From IMG/VR virus record IMGVR_UViG_3300010885_066780: a DNA stretch of 64,000 bases. One strand, 5' to 3'. This document shows, piece after piece, positions 20,395 through 31,047 of the stretch; position 1 is the stretch's first letter, and every line of letters begins with the position of its first letter. Position numbers and translations under genes: made by a program. This DNA comes from an uncultured virus (IMG/VR IMGVR_UViG_3300010885_066780). Its lineage: Duplodnaviria; Heunggongvirae; Uroviricota; Caudoviricetes. Under the pieces are notes generated by a model. The model ran no database searches, was not told the DNA's origin, and saw only the letters and a program-made list of their open reading frames with translations.

Positions 20395-21106
20395 CTGCCA
20401 TTCCGGCACCCTGGTTAACTGGTCGGGTCAAGTTAACCTTATCACCCGCTGCCTTGCCTGCATAGTATGCATAGCCGTCAGTTGTCCTTGACGTTGCAGT
20501 TTCTTTTCGCATCTTAATTCCAATCTGGTCATTATATGCATTTTCGACCAGTTGATTTTTCAAAAGCACCAAGGAATTGTTTCCTCGGGCATTGTTAAGT
20601 TCTTTGGAATTTTCAAACGCCATTTGTTTGAGTCGCTGAGAAATCCTGGTGACCATGCCCATTTGGAAACTTGTGCTTGCACCCTTGCGATTGGTTGCGA
20701 AGATCCAAGAATCTGATTTCTTAAATCGCGATGTTTCGGAATCAATTGCAGTGACGATCAAGCTATACAGATACTTAGCCATAAGCACATCACTCTCTTG
20801 ACCAAAGAAGCTGTACTTTAACCCTGTTCTAGTACGATTAAGCCAAACTTTTGTGCTAGTGAATTTTGCAACAGCACTTAGACAAAAATAAACCGCATGC
20901 CGTTGTTTGCGTCCAGTGTCAATATTATGAGTTTTATATTCTTCAGCTTCAAGTTCAACTTGCGTCATGCTGAGATTGTATTGGTTCAAAAGCTTGCCGA
21001 CCATTTCCATGGCTGAAAGGGCCTCAGCTTCCGTGCAACCATTTTCAACAGTTTTCGCTGCCAGTGCACGAATGCGATTCTTAATGCTTTCCAAATTCGC
21101 TGACAT
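20378..21106 (-). CDS. DUF2786-containing protein
   Basis: 'RIRALAAKT..NGCTEAEA..A......LL.QYNLS'. Confidence 0.75.
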   Translation of the reverse strand: MSANLESIKNRIRALAAKTVENGCTEAEALSAMEMVGKLLNQYNLSMTQVELEAEEYKTHNIDTGRKQRHAVYFCLSAVAKFTSTKVWLNRTRTGLKYSFFGQESDVLMAKYLYSLIVTAIDSETSRFKKSDSWIFATNRKGASTSFQMGMVTRISQRLKQMAFENSKELNNARGNNSLVLLKNQLVENAYNDQIGIKMRKETATSRTTDGYAYYAGKAAGDKVNLTRPVNQGAGMAAIGRQ

Positions 21107-21162
21107 GTTTTGTTCCCGTTCGCTATTGCAATACTGGTATCATAGCAGGAAATGACGGAAAG

Positions 21163-21639
21163 TCAACTCAGCAATTTCAAATTTTCAAAAACTGATCGGA
21201 AAGTAGCGTTGTTTCTGTCACCCAGAGCCCAAGCTACTGTTAACTCATGACGAGTAAACAAGTCTCGATCCCCCACTGAATGGATATAAGTTAATTCAGA
21301 ATTGGTTGTTAAAAACGTTGTCAATTCAGGATCAACCAAAAATGGATAAGCGGGATCAATAATGATGTCATATACACAATTTTCAATATGCTTGACTCGT
21401 GCCATAGCAACTTCAATGTCTTGTACATTGGCGCTCAAAACAATTGTGGTAGCAAAATGATCAGCCCCATCTGTTTGTCCACTGGCAATATATTGTTTGA
21501 CCACAGGGTTGTTGGCATATTTGCTGAGCATTTGCACGCCTGCATGATGCACTTGTGCTGCTATTTTGCCGTTGGTTAGGCTGGCAATGTCGGTTCTCAC
21601 TAGAACATAGACACAAAGGTTTGATGTATTTTCTTCCAT
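21163..21639 (-). CDS. Peptidyl-tRNA hydrolase 2 (PTH2)-like protein
   Basis: 'YVLVRTDI....GKIAAQVHHAG', 'TIVL', 'IID', 'LTV...LG', terminal 'LKLL'. Confidence 0.7.
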   Translation of the reverse strand: MEENTSNLCVYVLVRTDIASLTNGKIAAQVHHAGVQMLSKYANNPVVKQYIASGQTDGADHFATTIVLSANVQDIEVAMARVKHIENCVYDIIIDPAYPFLVDPELTTFLTTNSELTYIHSVGDRDLFTRHELTVAWALGDRNNATFRSVFENLKLLS

Positions 21640-21691
21640 ATTTCGATTATATAGAGTGTTTCCAATTAAGTCAATTGACGGTAAATAATAT

Positions 21692-22480
21692 GTGGAAGTT
21701 CACCGCAAAGGAGTGCACCACTTGAGCAGACGTCAAAGACAACAAGCAACAGAAACACAACAATCTAAAAACACACAGCCCAATAGACGAGGCAAAAATA
21801 CAAATAATATAGTTGACATCAATAGTTTTAGAAAGCCACTTAAAAATAAAGTCATGTTATTACCAAAAAACTTGGCCCAGGAATATTATGTGGAATGCCT
21901 AGAAGACCCAAACACTGATATAGTTTTTGCGTCAGGACCCGCTGGAACAGGAAAAACATTAATTGCCTGCTTAGCAGCACTCAAAGCATTTCAAGAAGGA
22001 CAAGTCAGTAAAATTATTATTACTAGACCAGCAGTAAGTGTTGATGAACAACATGGCTTTTTACCAGGAAGTCTTATTGAAAAGATGCAACCTTGGGTTC
22101 TTCCAATATTGGATTATTTTTATGAATATTATACCAAAAAAGATATTTTAACCATGATAGAAAACAATGAGTTAGAAATTTCGCCATTAGCGTACATGCG
22201 AGGCCGAACATTTTCTGATGCATTTATCATTTGTGATGAAATGCAAAATGCAACTCCGAGTCAAATGAAAATGGTTTTAACTAGGATTGGTAAAAATTCA
22301 AAAATTGTATGTACGGGTGATGTCACACAGCATGATCGCGGATATGAAGACAATGGATTAAAAGATATTTGGTCTCGGTTTGATAACCAACCTGGTATTG
22401 CATTCTGCAAGTTTACCAATGGTGATGTTGAACGTCACCGAATTATTGAAACTGTTTTGAGAATGTATGACGGTCATTGA
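21692..22480 (+). CDS. phoH: PhoH-like ATPase
   Basis: 'GPAGTGKT', 'IIITRPAV', 'GFLPG', 'AYMRGRTF', 'DEMQN', 'LTRIG'. Confidence 0.93.
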   Translation: MEVHRKGVHHLSRRQRQQATETQQSKNTQPNRRGKNTNNIVDINSFRKPLKNKVMLLPKNLAQEYYVECLEDPNTDIVFASGPAGTGKTLIACLAALKAFQEGQVSKIIITRPAVSVDEQHGFLPGSLIEKMQPWVLPILDYFYEYYTKKDILTMIENNELEISPLAYMRGRTFSDAFIICDEMQNATPSQMKMVLTRIGKNSKIVCTGDVTQHDRGYEDNGLKDIWSRFDNQPGIAFCKFTNGDVERHRIIETVLRMYDGH

Positions 22481-22487
22481 TAAGTAG

Positions 22488-23153
22488 TTGGTGACAAATT
22501 TTTCAGAAACTCGAAGAATAGGTAGGTATAATTTAGAACCTGTCCTACCTATTTTTCAAATTGATCAAATGACAGTTATTGGATCAGTGGACCAATATCA
22601 AGTCTTTACTGCACCAAACCAATCTGGACAAGGTGATTGGTTTGTTTTGTTTCATGGTGACCAGCCTGCGTTTGCCAATTTGTTTATAGAAAAAACATTG
22701 TTTGGGCAGAATTACTTGGAATCAAAAATTTCCTATTGCTATCCCAATTATTTGGGTAGAAATTTGATGAGTCGCATGGTTTGGTTTATTGTTCATGAAC
22801 AGAAACAGGCAATTGTTTGTGATGAATTAATCAGTCGTGCTGCTTTTGCGTCAATTGATAAAATGCATAAAACGCAGCAGTTTTCATTGCAATGGAAATC
22901 AGCAGATCAAACGGTTGCTTATCAACCTACAACGGTTGATGATTTTTTGGAAGATCCCATCACTCACGAAAATAAATGGTGGTTGATTGTCCGACAATAT
23001 ACAGACAATATATTTGAAAGCTACTATAAAAATACCATGCCAGATTTTGATTATCGGCAACATATTACCATATTTGATGAGCCATCAGGAATTGATCCAT
23101 TGACTGATCTGGAATTGAGTCGAGGATTATTTTCTAGTGGTGAATTTCTATAA
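22488..23153 (+). CDS. GNAT-like hypothetical protein
   Basis: 'PNYLGRNLMSRMVWFI...IVCD..IS'; paralog of 23816..24526. Confidence 0.45.
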   Translation: MVTNFSETRRIGRYNLEPVLPIFQIDQMTVIGSVDQYQVFTAPNQSGQGDWFVLFHGDQPAFANLFIEKTLFGQNYLESKISYCYPNYLGRNLMSRMVWFIVHEQKQAIVCDELISRAAFASIDKMHKTQQFSLQWKSADQTVAYQPTTVDDFLEDPITHENKWWLIVRQYTDNIFESYYKNTMPDFDYRQHITIFDEPSGIDPLTDLELSRGLFSSGEFL

Positions 23154-23156
23154 ATA
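23149..23156 (+). promoter_or_regulatory. T4-type late promoter TATAAATA
   Basis: Exact T4 late consensus 4 nt before the ATG at 23161; TAAATA variants precede many other genes. Confidence 0.75.
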
Positions 23157-23160
23157 AAAG

Positions 23161-23805
23161 ATGAAATCCAGTATTTGGCGAGCTTTATTTGAAACTGACT
23201 CACATGATGAAACGTCTGTTAAAAAACAACAGCTTTTAGATTCTGGTGCAGCACAAATAATTTGTCAGAATAGTTACTTCACTGTGGTGAAAATAAATAC
23301 CTATGAAGCTGCAAAATTTTATGACTGGGATTCCAATTGGCGATTTTCAAAAAATAGTCAATCTTTTGATGAATGTTTGGTAGTATTTCCGATTTATATC
23401 ATTCTTAGACTCGCAACACAAAATACTAACGAACCTCATTATGCCTTTTATAAAATGACATTTAATATCTATCCAAGACTATATGATATGTCTGATGAAG
23501 TTATATGGGTATGTGACTATTTTAAACAAGACATAAATAGATTCCCCAAAGAATTTTTGAAAATTATGGTTAGTTCATATTTCAGATATCTCGAATATAT
23601 TGATTCGCCTAGCATAGAATTACAGTTATTGGCAATTGAAAATGATTCGGATGCTATCAAATATATTGAATCACCTGCACCCATGGTTCAATGGGCTGCA
23701 TTTAAAAAATCACCAGATTCCATAGAATTGGTTCAGCCTCCCAAATGTCGTGATCCCAGCCTTGTAGCAAAATATAAAGACATAAAAGCTCAAAGAGGCT
23801 ATTGA
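23161..23805 (+). CDS. Putative virion internal protein with QLxAV helical repeats
   Basis: MKSSIWRALFE leader; 'PSIELQLLAIE...PAPMVQWAA...DPSL' repeats. Confidence 0.55.
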   Translation: MKSSIWRALFETDSHDETSVKKQQLLDSGAAQIICQNSYFTVVKINTYEAAKFYDWDSNWRFSKNSQSFDECLVVFPIYIILRLATQNTNEPHYAFYKMTFNIYPRLYDMSDEVIWVCDYFKQDINRFPKEFLKIMVSSYFRYLEYIDSPSIELQLLAIENDSDAIKYIESPAPMVQWAAFKKSPDSIELVQPPKCRDPSLVAKYKDIKAQRGY

Positions 23806-23815
23806 TAAATAACAG

Positions 23816-24526
23816 ATGAAATCCAGTATTTGGCGAGCGTTGTTTGAGAATTCGCCGATGGAAGAAACTCAAATCGGAGTTACAATTGGCGATTGGATCT
23901 TGAAAAAATTGTCAGTTTTTCAAAAAGCCACAATGTCACATTGTGGTGAAACAGATGGTTATCAAATTTATTCTCAGCCACACGATCACGGCGGAATTTG
24001 GTTGGTATTTTTCCATGAAGAAACACCAGCCTTGATTTCAAGAATAATAGATGAAATTTGGCATGGTCGAACATATAGTCGTCTACAATTCGTCTATATT
24101 TCAGAACTCTACAGAGGACGCCAAATGATGGCCCGTTTGCTTTGGTTTATCAAACAACAAATGAAAATGCCCATCATATGTGATAATTCAATGTCTGAAC
24201 CAGCTCTAAAATCGATTGGGCAAGTCAAACAAGAACGTCCCAACTATTTTCAAATATATTGGTCAGATGGTACTCAAACTGTGCCACTAGAATCAGAAAC
24301 TGTCCGATCTTATGTCAGTGAAATTGGTGAGCCTGACAGTCTTTGGAGATTGATTATTGAACATTCTGAAGATCAGCGTTTCACTCCTTTGTTCGATACG
24401 GCCGATTCCTGGTCTACCCAATTTTATCAAATATTTGAAAGCAAATTGGGATTTGAACCACTGAGTGATATTGAATTGTTCGCCGCAAATTTTCACGAAC
24501 CTGAAATCTGGGGATCCTATAAATAA
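23816..24526 (+). CDS. GNAT-like putative virion internal protein
   Basis: MKSSIWRALFE leader; 'YISELYRGRQMMARLL' acetyl-CoA-motif-like segment. Confidence 0.5.
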   Translation: MKSSIWRALFENSPMEETQIGVTIGDWILKKLSVFQKATMSHCGETDGYQIYSQPHDHGGIWLVFFHEETPALISRIIDEIWHGRTYSRLQFVYISELYRGRQMMARLLWFIKQQMKMPIICDNSMSEPALKSIGQVKQERPNYFQIYWSDGTQTVPLESETVRSYVSEIGEPDSLWRLIIEHSEDQRFTPLFDTADSWSTQFYQIFESKLGFEPLSDIELFAANFHEPEIWGSYK

Positions 24527-24529
24527 GGG

Positions 24530-26335
24530 ATGACGTCTAGACTTGTTGATCTTCTATGGGAATCTGTTGATGAAGAACAGAAATTATTGTCATCTGGACA
24601 AGCTGAAATAGTCTATTCAAACAATAGAAATCAAATTGTTAAAATCAACAGTTGGAAAGCATTGAATTTTTATAGCAGTATATTGCATTTATTAGTAATA
24701 TTACCATCCAAAGACTTTCAACAAATTAAACAGAATGGTGATATTTTCTTATTTTTTTCAAATATAGACGATAATATCTGGCTTCCGGAATACATATTAT
24801 ATAAAACCGATGAACCTTCTCCATTATATGCGCGGTATGTTTTATATAGGATAATCGATGGTAGATCTCAGCGAGTTGCGAGTCAATTAGAATTTAGAAT
24901 CTTTTTCAGATCTTTCACTGATGTACCAGAATTTATATTAAAATTATTATTAGCAACTAATCAAGGCTTGATTCAGTTTATTGGCCAGCCATCAATTAAC
25001 TTACAATTGACTGCTGTTCAACAAAATGGAATGGTAATTGAATATATAGAACATCCAAGTCCCCTAGTTCAATTTGCTGCTATCAAGCAAAATCCAGACG
25101 TAATTAAGTTTATCAAACCGGAAGATCTAACTCCATCATTGAAATCAGAAAAGTCTGACACATTGAATGAATCTAATACTAATAATATTGAGCAAGAATT
25201 GTTGTCCAGTGATCAAGCACATATTGTTTATGAAGATTCCGATATTATAATGGTCCAAATTGAAAGTTTTGCAGCATATCAATATTATTCTCGTAATCGA
25301 TTTCCAGTATTGAATAATACAGATTGGTTTGATAGATATATTAATTATGTACCATTGTGGTTGATACGATCTAAACCCAGTGATCAAATTTGGAAATTTT
25401 GGTTCCCGGTTGGCAATAGGATGCCAAAATTAGTTGACGAATATAAGAACTCAGTTGATATAGCTCAGTACTTACATACATTCAGTTCAATAAATCATGG
25501 TAGAGTCGCCTCTGGAAAATTTGATCCGTTTTTAAAAGTATTCTTGAGATATTATGGTAAGGCAATTGGTGTAATTAGAGAAGCTACTGTATCACTGCAA
25601 TTGTTTGTAGTAAATCGAAATGGACTAGATATTGAATATATAGAACACCCAAGCCCACTAGTTCAATTTGCTGCTATCAAGCAAAATCCAGATGCAATTA
25701 ATTTTATCAAATCAGAAGATCTTACACCATCATTGAAAAACGATAAGCCAATAACTGAATCAACAAACTCATCGGTAACAGAATCAGAATTAATTTCAAG
25801 TGGACAAGCTGAAATTGTTTGGGAAAAAGACAACCGAAAACTCATTAGAATAGAATCATATGAAGCTGCGGCCTACTATGACACCTATCCACACGGTTGG
25901 TATTTTTCAAAATCTCAAAGTAATTTCAACATTTGTTGTGGTAAAGACATTTATATTTTTCTTGATTCTAATCAGCAAAGAAATTGTTTTGCATTTTATG
26001 CAGAATCTCAAGATTTGCTACCTAGATTATATCGTAGGTTGGATGATAGAATAACATTAAGTACACTTTTTATACAAAACAGAGACTTGCCAGACAAAGC
26101 TCTTGAAATATTTTTGCGGGATCATCCATGGCTTCTTTATCAAGTGGAAAATCCCTCTATCCCACTACAACTACTTGTAGTTGGCATCGATGGTACCGCC
26201 ATTGATCAAATAAAACATCCCAGTCCACTCGTACAGACTGCCGCATTAAAACAAAACCCAAAAGCTATTAATAATATTGATCCTGCCATTCTGGATCCAA
26301 AGTTAAAAGAAAAATATAAGGAATACATAACATGA
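24530..26335 (+). CDS. Three-module repeat protein, putative virion internal polyprotein
   Basis: Three 'LLSSGQAEIV...QLxxV..NG..I..I.HPSPLVQ.AA.KQNP' modules; TATAAATA at 24518-24525. Confidence 0.6.
   Translation: MTSRLVDLLWESVDEEQKLLSSGQAEIVYSNNRNQIVKINSWKALNFYSSILHLLVILPSKDFQQIKQNGDIFLFFSNIDDNIWLPEYILYKTDEPSPLYARYVLYRIIDGRSQRVASQLEFRIFFRSFTDVPEFILKLLLATNQGLIQFIGQPSINLQLTAVQQNGMVIEYIEHPSPLVQFAAIKQNPDVIKFIKPEDLTPSLKSEKSDTLNESNTNNIEQELLSSDQAHIVYEDSDIIMVQIESFAAYQYYSRNRFPVLNNTDWFDRYINYVPLWLIRSKPSDQIWKFWFPVGNRMPKLVDEYKNSVDIAQYLHTFSSINHGRVASGKFDPFLKVFLRYYGKAIGVIREATVSLQLFVVNRNGLDIEYIEHPSPLVQFAAIKQNPDAINFIKSEDLTPSLKNDKPITESTNSSVTESELISSGQAEIVWEKDNRKLIRIESYEAAAYYDTYPHGWYFSKSQSNFNICCGKDIYIFLDSNQQRNCFAFYAESQDLLPRLYRRLDDRITLSTLFIQNRDLPDKALEIFLRDHPWLLYQVENPSIPLQLLVVGIDGTAIDQIKHPSPLVQTAALKQNPKAINNIDPAILDPKLKEKYKEYIT
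25037..25738 (+). repeat. Near-identical ~108-bp intragenic direct repeats (25037-25144 and 25631-25738)
   Basis: Both encode IEYIEHPSPLVQFAAIKQNPD.I.FIK.EDLTPSLK. Confidence 0.85.
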
Positions 26336-26964
26336 AAATTTCCGATCTAAAAATATCAAAATTATTTGAAGCTGAATTGAATCCTGCTGAACAGCAATTT
26401 GTTGATCAAAGAGCAGTAGAAGTCATTCATTCACGCGACACGCTGGAAATATTCAAAATATTGACTTATGATGCTGCTCGATTTTTTGCTAAAGAAGCTA
26501 AATGGCCATTTCTAAAATCAGAAGAACTGTTTAATACTATTAATAGTTCAGGACCCATATATTATATTAGGAGTCCGAATCACGCAAACTCTACCATTGC
26601 GTTTTATAACATCCGACAAGGTAGAAATATACCATTGTTTGAATTTCGTGGTATAGAAAATAAAAAACAGACTACATATGATCAAGCAGTGATACTTGAT
26701 TCACCAAAAAGCTTTGTGAAGACTGTATTAAGTTTAAATGGCATGTATCTACGATATGTTGAACAACCAGATGTTGATCTTCAAATGACAGCTATAAGAC
26801 AAAATCCGCTGGCGATTCAATATATTGAATATCCGGCACCACTGTTACAAACAATTGCTCTACAAAAAATGCCGCTTGCCATCAACTGGATTCGTCCTGA
26901 CAAGACCGCAATAGACCCCACATTGTTGGAAAAATATCAGGATTCATATTATGCGGATAATTGA
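26332..26964 (+). CDS. Putative virion internal repeat protein
   Basis: 'KLFE' leader; same module as neighbours. Confidence 0.55.
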   Translation: MKISDLKISKLFEAELNPAEQQFVDQRAVEVIHSRDTLEIFKILTYDAARFFAKEAKWPFLKSEELFNTINSSGPIYYIRSPNHANSTIAFYNIRQGRNIPLFEFRGIENKKQTTYDQAVILDSPKSFVKTVLSLNGMYLRYVEQPDVDLQMTAIRQNPLAIQYIEYPAPLLQTIALQKMPLAINWIRPDKTAIDPTLLEKYQDSYYADN

Positions 26965-28093
26965 TTTATTTGAGTCTGATGAACCGGTTCTAGAAGCTGA
27001 TTTGCTAGCCAATGGTGATGCTGAATTGGTTTACCATGGACCGAATATTGAAATCATAAAAATTAACTCGTTGAAAGCAGGGCAGTTTTATTCTGCAGGC
27101 ACTGAGTGGATTTTTGCAAGATCAAATGCCAGCTTTGATCAAGCTAGTAAATCTTGTCCCATATATTTTATTCGATCTCTAATTCCGGGCGTTCCAAAGA
27201 GAATTATTCATTGTGGAAATTCAAAACAGTTTTTTGATACTTTTCCAGTTTCAGATAGTATATATTTTAGAGATCCTTCGAATGACTGTTTAAGTGCAGA
27301 AGAATATCGTAAAATATTAGCGTATATTCCACCATTTTTATTAAAGCTGCTGATTATGTCTAATCCAAGTTGGATTAGATTCCTTGAAAATCCCACCATT
27401 GATATTCAGTTGATTTCAGTTCAAAAAAATGGCCGTAACATACAATATATAGACAGTCCCACTCCCATGATACAATCAGCTGCGTGTCGGCAAGATGCCG
27501 AATTAATTAATTTGATAAAACCTGTGGAATCAATTGACAAGGGTCTTTTAAAAAAACATAAACTAGTTTTAGATCGACCTAGGCGAGAATACTTGTTTGC
27601 AATAGAAGCTGAAGAAAACAAATTGACAGAATCAAAGCACTTTGATCCCAATGACATTAGTACTTGGTCAGATGGTTCTATATTTGGCCAAATTAAATTA
27701 CTTTTGACATCGGGTAATGGACCTTACGATCAAGCAAGAGACTTTTTGGCGAAAGTTAATAATATAAGTCCATCATTGATGAAACGTTTAGTGAAAACTG
27801 ATGGTTGGTTGATAGAGGAATTGCAAACTTTATTTCCTGAGAAAGTAACAGAAGAAATTCGTGAGCTGGCGATTAAAAACAGACCAGATTCAATCAGTTT
27901 TATAGATAATCCCAGTATATCTCTTCAGTTATTGGCAGTTAATTTGGATGGTCTGTCTATTGGAGATATACGTGCTCCGTCTCCAATGATACAATCAGCT
28001 GCTTGTCGGCAAAATCCCAATGCTATTAATTTTATATCTGAAAAATGTCGTGATCCCGGTTTGGCGGAAAAATATAAGGACTATTTAAAATGA
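26951..28093 (+). CDS. Putative virion internal repeat protein (two modules)
   Basis: MRIIDLFE leader; two 'P.PMIQSAACRQ' repeats. Confidence 0.55.
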   Translation: MRIIDLFESDEPVLEADLLANGDAELVYHGPNIEIIKINSLKAGQFYSAGTEWIFARSNASFDQASKSCPIYFIRSLIPGVPKRIIHCGNSKQFFDTFPVSDSIYFRDPSNDCLSAEEYRKILAYIPPFLLKLLIMSNPSWIRFLENPTIDIQLISVQKNGRNIQYIDSPTPMIQSAACRQDAELINLIKPVESIDKGLLKKHKLVLDRPRREYLFAIEAEENKLTESKHFDPNDISTWSDGSIFGQIKLLLTSGNGPYDQARDFLAKVNNISPSLMKRLVKTDGWLIEELQTLFPEKVTEEIRELAIKNRPDSISFIDNPSISLQLLAVNLDGLSIGDIRAPSPMIQSAACRQNPNAINFISEKCRDPGLAEKYKDYLK

Positions 28094-28698
28094 AACTTCA
28101 AGATTTATTTGAGTCCACTTCAAAAAACGTGCTAGTCATTTATGGTGGTCGTTTCCAACCAATCCACAAAGGGCATGCTGCCGTATTTAGATACTTGCAA
28201 TCCAGGTTTGGAGATCAAGTTTTTTTGGCTACCAGTAATTTGGTCAAATTACCCAACAGTCCATTCACGTTTGAAGAAAAACTTGAACTAGCAAAGTTTA
28301 TTGGAATTCCAGAAGATAGAATTGTTCAAACTCGGAGCCCCTATAAGCCAACTGAAATCCTGGATTTGGTTGACCCCACTACAACAAAATTAATTTTTGC
28401 AATTGGTGCCAAAGATTCAGACAGATTTGCAGGCGCCAAAAGCATACGTCCATTTGAAAAGTTATCTAAATGCCTTACTATGGATCAAACTGCCTACTCA
28501 ATTGTTGTTCCTACCGTGGAATTTGAATTGTTTGGACAAACTATAACTAGTGCAAGTCAAATACGAGAGATTTATCCCAACTTGGATGATTTTGAAAGAC
28601 GCACATTCATTGTAGAATTGTATGGCTCCTATTCAGCAGATATACAACAATTGCTGGATGCCAAGCTGGCACTAAGTCAACTATTCATAAATAGTTGA
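28090..28698 (+). CDS. Cytidylyltransferase-like (HxGH) nucleotidyltransferase
   Basis: 'YGGRFQPIHKGH', 'SPFTFEEK', 'SASQIR'. Confidence 0.8.
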   Translation: MKLQDLFESTSKNVLVIYGGRFQPIHKGHAAVFRYLQSRFGDQVFLATSNLVKLPNSPFTFEEKLELAKFIGIPEDRIVQTRSPYKPTEILDLVDPTTTKLIFAIGAKDSDRFAGAKSIRPFEKLSKCLTMDQTAYSIVVPTVEFELFGQTITSASQIREIYPNLDDFERRTFIVELYGSYSADIQQLLDAKLALSQLFINS

Positions 28699-29735
28699 TG
28701 TCAAACATTGTATTTGCAATAGGAACAGAATCCACCAAATATTTTACCACAAGCCGCTTGATCAGTTCACAAGATGGGCTGAGTTGGACTAACAATAATT
28801 TGGAAATATTTCCTGTACATACAAATATTCAAACATTAATTGCTACTGACAGTCAAATTTTAGTATTCAATTCACTGGGAGAAGTAGCACGCACTCTTAC
28901 TCAGGGTCAATCATGGCAAAAGACTCAAATAGCAATTGGATTTTTGCCACTGTCTGCTATTAGAGCAAATTCCATATACTATGTTTGTGGAATGTATAAA
29001 TATCAAACTGATATCGGCGGCTTTTCTCAATGGGATGAAGTTGCTAGGATATATTCAAGTACTGATGGTATTAGCTGGACGATAGAATTTTCACACACGG
29101 CAATCAATAGTTGTTTTTATCAAATTAAAAACACTGGTAATGATTTATATGTAGCGGGTGCAGTGAACAATCAATCCAGTTGTTGGACCAATGCGTCAAA
29201 TACCTGGGAACCAATTGAGCTGGGTGATATTGGTCCAACATATGGCTTAACAATTAATTCAGTTACTGAAAAAATTTGGTTCTCCGGAGCAGGATATATA
29301 ATAAATTTTGATATTGGTTCTGAAACATATCATATCAACTGGATCACAAAAAAAACAGTACCAATTACTAACATAGAACGCAAAACTAATATTGATAATA
29401 TCAATTATGATTTGGATCCCAGTTTGGTCGCTGCTAGTTATGAAGCCATTTATTTTACAGCAGATGGAATCAATTGGACTAGTTTTCAAGCACCCGGTTA
29501 TTATTTCAAAGACGTTATTTGGTTCAATAATAGTTGGATAGTAAGTGCAATATCAAACCAAACATTGACGACTTATTGGCGATCAACGGATGGAAAAATT
29601 TGGGAGCCACAAAATAACCAAATGCAAATGACTGGGTTTTCTGCATTCGTGCAAGCACCTCCAACTGGAACAGCACAATTGGATTATTCAGATCAAGACA
29701 GCCTGATTTGGAACTGGTGGGAAAGAAACATATAA
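28695..29735 (+). CDS. Beta-propeller (BNR-like repeat) protein
   Basis: Repeated S-x-D-G-x-x-W motifs. Confidence 0.65.
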   Translation: MMSNIVFAIGTESTKYFTTSRLISSQDGLSWTNNNLEIFPVHTNIQTLIATDSQILVFNSLGEVARTLTQGQSWQKTQIAIGFLPLSAIRANSIYYVCGMYKYQTDIGGFSQWDEVARIYSSTDGISWTIEFSHTAINSCFYQIKNTGNDLYVAGAVNNQSSCWTNASNTWEPIELGDIGPTYGLTINSVTEKIWFSGAGYIINFDIGSETYHINWITKKTVPITNIERKTNIDNINYDLDPSLVAASYEAIYFTADGINWTSFQAPGYYFKDVIWFNNSWIVSAISNQTLTTYWRSTDGKIWEPQNNQMQMTGFSAFVQAPPTGTAQLDYSDQDSLIWNWWERNI

Positions 29736-29765
29736 CGATAAATATATGACAGACCAGGAAATCAA

Positions 29766-30707
29766 ATGGGAAATGTAGTAATTTTACAAGTCAAAGATGG
29801 CATTGGCGTTTATCGAAATGCAGAATTTTGGAGCTCAGATGGTACCACGTCTGGAAACCTAATCCCCGTAAGTATATTGTCTGATACTTCAGGCAATGTT
29901 ATGTTGCCAGCCAGTCAAACAGATATAACAACATTACAGCAGTCTTTAACTAACAATCTACAAAATGTTATTATATCATCCGGTAATATTAGAATTTCAA
30001 ATTTGCCAACCACACAGCAAATTTCCGGAAATACAGCAATTACAAATTTTCCTGCAATACAAACCATAGTTGGAAATGTTAATGTAAAAACTGGTTCTGT
30101 TACAATTACAAATTTCCCAGCTACCCAAAATGTTAATATAAGTGCCCCAGTATCAATTGCTAATTTCCCAACTCAACAAAAAATTGTTGGATCAACTCCT
30201 TTTGAAGCTATCACAAATATTGTTAGGCCTACTAGCAACCTTTCCTATACAATTGGGCAATTAATCAACAATTCTAATGTTGGAATGACATCACTACCAG
30301 TAATTTCAACCGGGCTAGGGTCAAACACACGAGTAACAATTAATTCAGTTGTGGTTTTGAGCAACAATGGCCCTGCCGCCTCGCCTGCGAACTTTGCAGT
30401 TCATTTGTTCCCCACACAAGCGCCATCTGGGCAAAATTTAAATGATGGCAACTTGTTTGCTCCGGATTCAAATGTGTTCATCGCAACAGGGGTTGGGTTG
30501 ATTGGTTCAGTTAATGATAAATTTTCAAATATTGGAACAACGAGCTATATGATTGGTACAAAAAGTTATGGTTATTGTTTAACCAACTTGTCAACCCAAG
30601 CACAGACTGATAGTGCAGGCAATCTATATGCTGCGGTTATATTAGAAAATCCCTATGATGCAGTTGCAGGCGAAACCATTACTGTAAAGATAACAGGAAA
30701 ATATTGA
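29766..30707 (+). CDS. Putative virion structural/fibre protein
   Basis: 'I.NFPA.Q' repeats; GATAAATA upstream. Confidence 0.5.
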   Translation: MGNVVILQVKDGIGVYRNAEFWSSDGTTSGNLIPVSILSDTSGNVMLPASQTDITTLQQSLTNNLQNVIISSGNIRISNLPTTQQISGNTAITNFPAIQTIVGNVNVKTGSVTITNFPATQNVNISAPVSIANFPTQQKIVGSTPFEAITNIVRPTSNLSYTIGQLINNSNVGMTSLPVISTGLGSNTRVTINSVVVLSNNGPAASPANFAVHLFPTQAPSGQNLNDGNLFAPDSNVFIATGVGLIGSVNDKFSNIGTTSYMIGTKSYGYCLTNLSTQAQTDSAGNLYAAVILENPYDAVAGETITVKITGKY

Positions 30708-30758
30708 TTTAGATATCACCAATTTATTACTCTTTGACAACAACAAAGAGGAAATAAC

Positions 30759-31034
30759 ATGACATTACATAGCTTGTCTTCAGGTGATCGAGACAAATTG
30801 AAGAATCTAATTGATAGTGGTACTCAAGTATTGGGTGACATCACAAATCTAAAACTAGGACTAAAAGAAACAGTTGCCGCAGTTGCAGAAGAACTGGATG
30901 TAACTCCCAAGGTTTTGAACAAAGCAATACGAGTTGCCTACAAACTAAACCAAAACAAGAATGAACTCACTGACGGTCGTGAAGAACTTGATGTGGTTGA
31001 ACAAATATTACTGGGCGCAGGCACACAGGTCTAA
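30759..31034 (+). CDS. T4 DsbA-like dsDNA-binding protein
   Basis: 'LKETVAAVAEELDV.PKVLNKAIRVAYK' helical pattern; located before the DNA polymerase. Confidence 0.6.
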   Translation: MTLHSLSSGDRDKLKNLIDSGTQVLGDITNLKLGLKETVAAVAEELDVTPKVLNKAIRVAYKLNQNKNELTDGREELDVVEQILLGAGTQV

Positions 31035-31047
31035 GGGTATTTGATCA

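Noticed and set aside
25037..25738. Diversity-generating retroelement TR/VR pair
   Set aside because: Mismatches are mostly synonymous and not adenine-specific; no reverse transcriptase in the window
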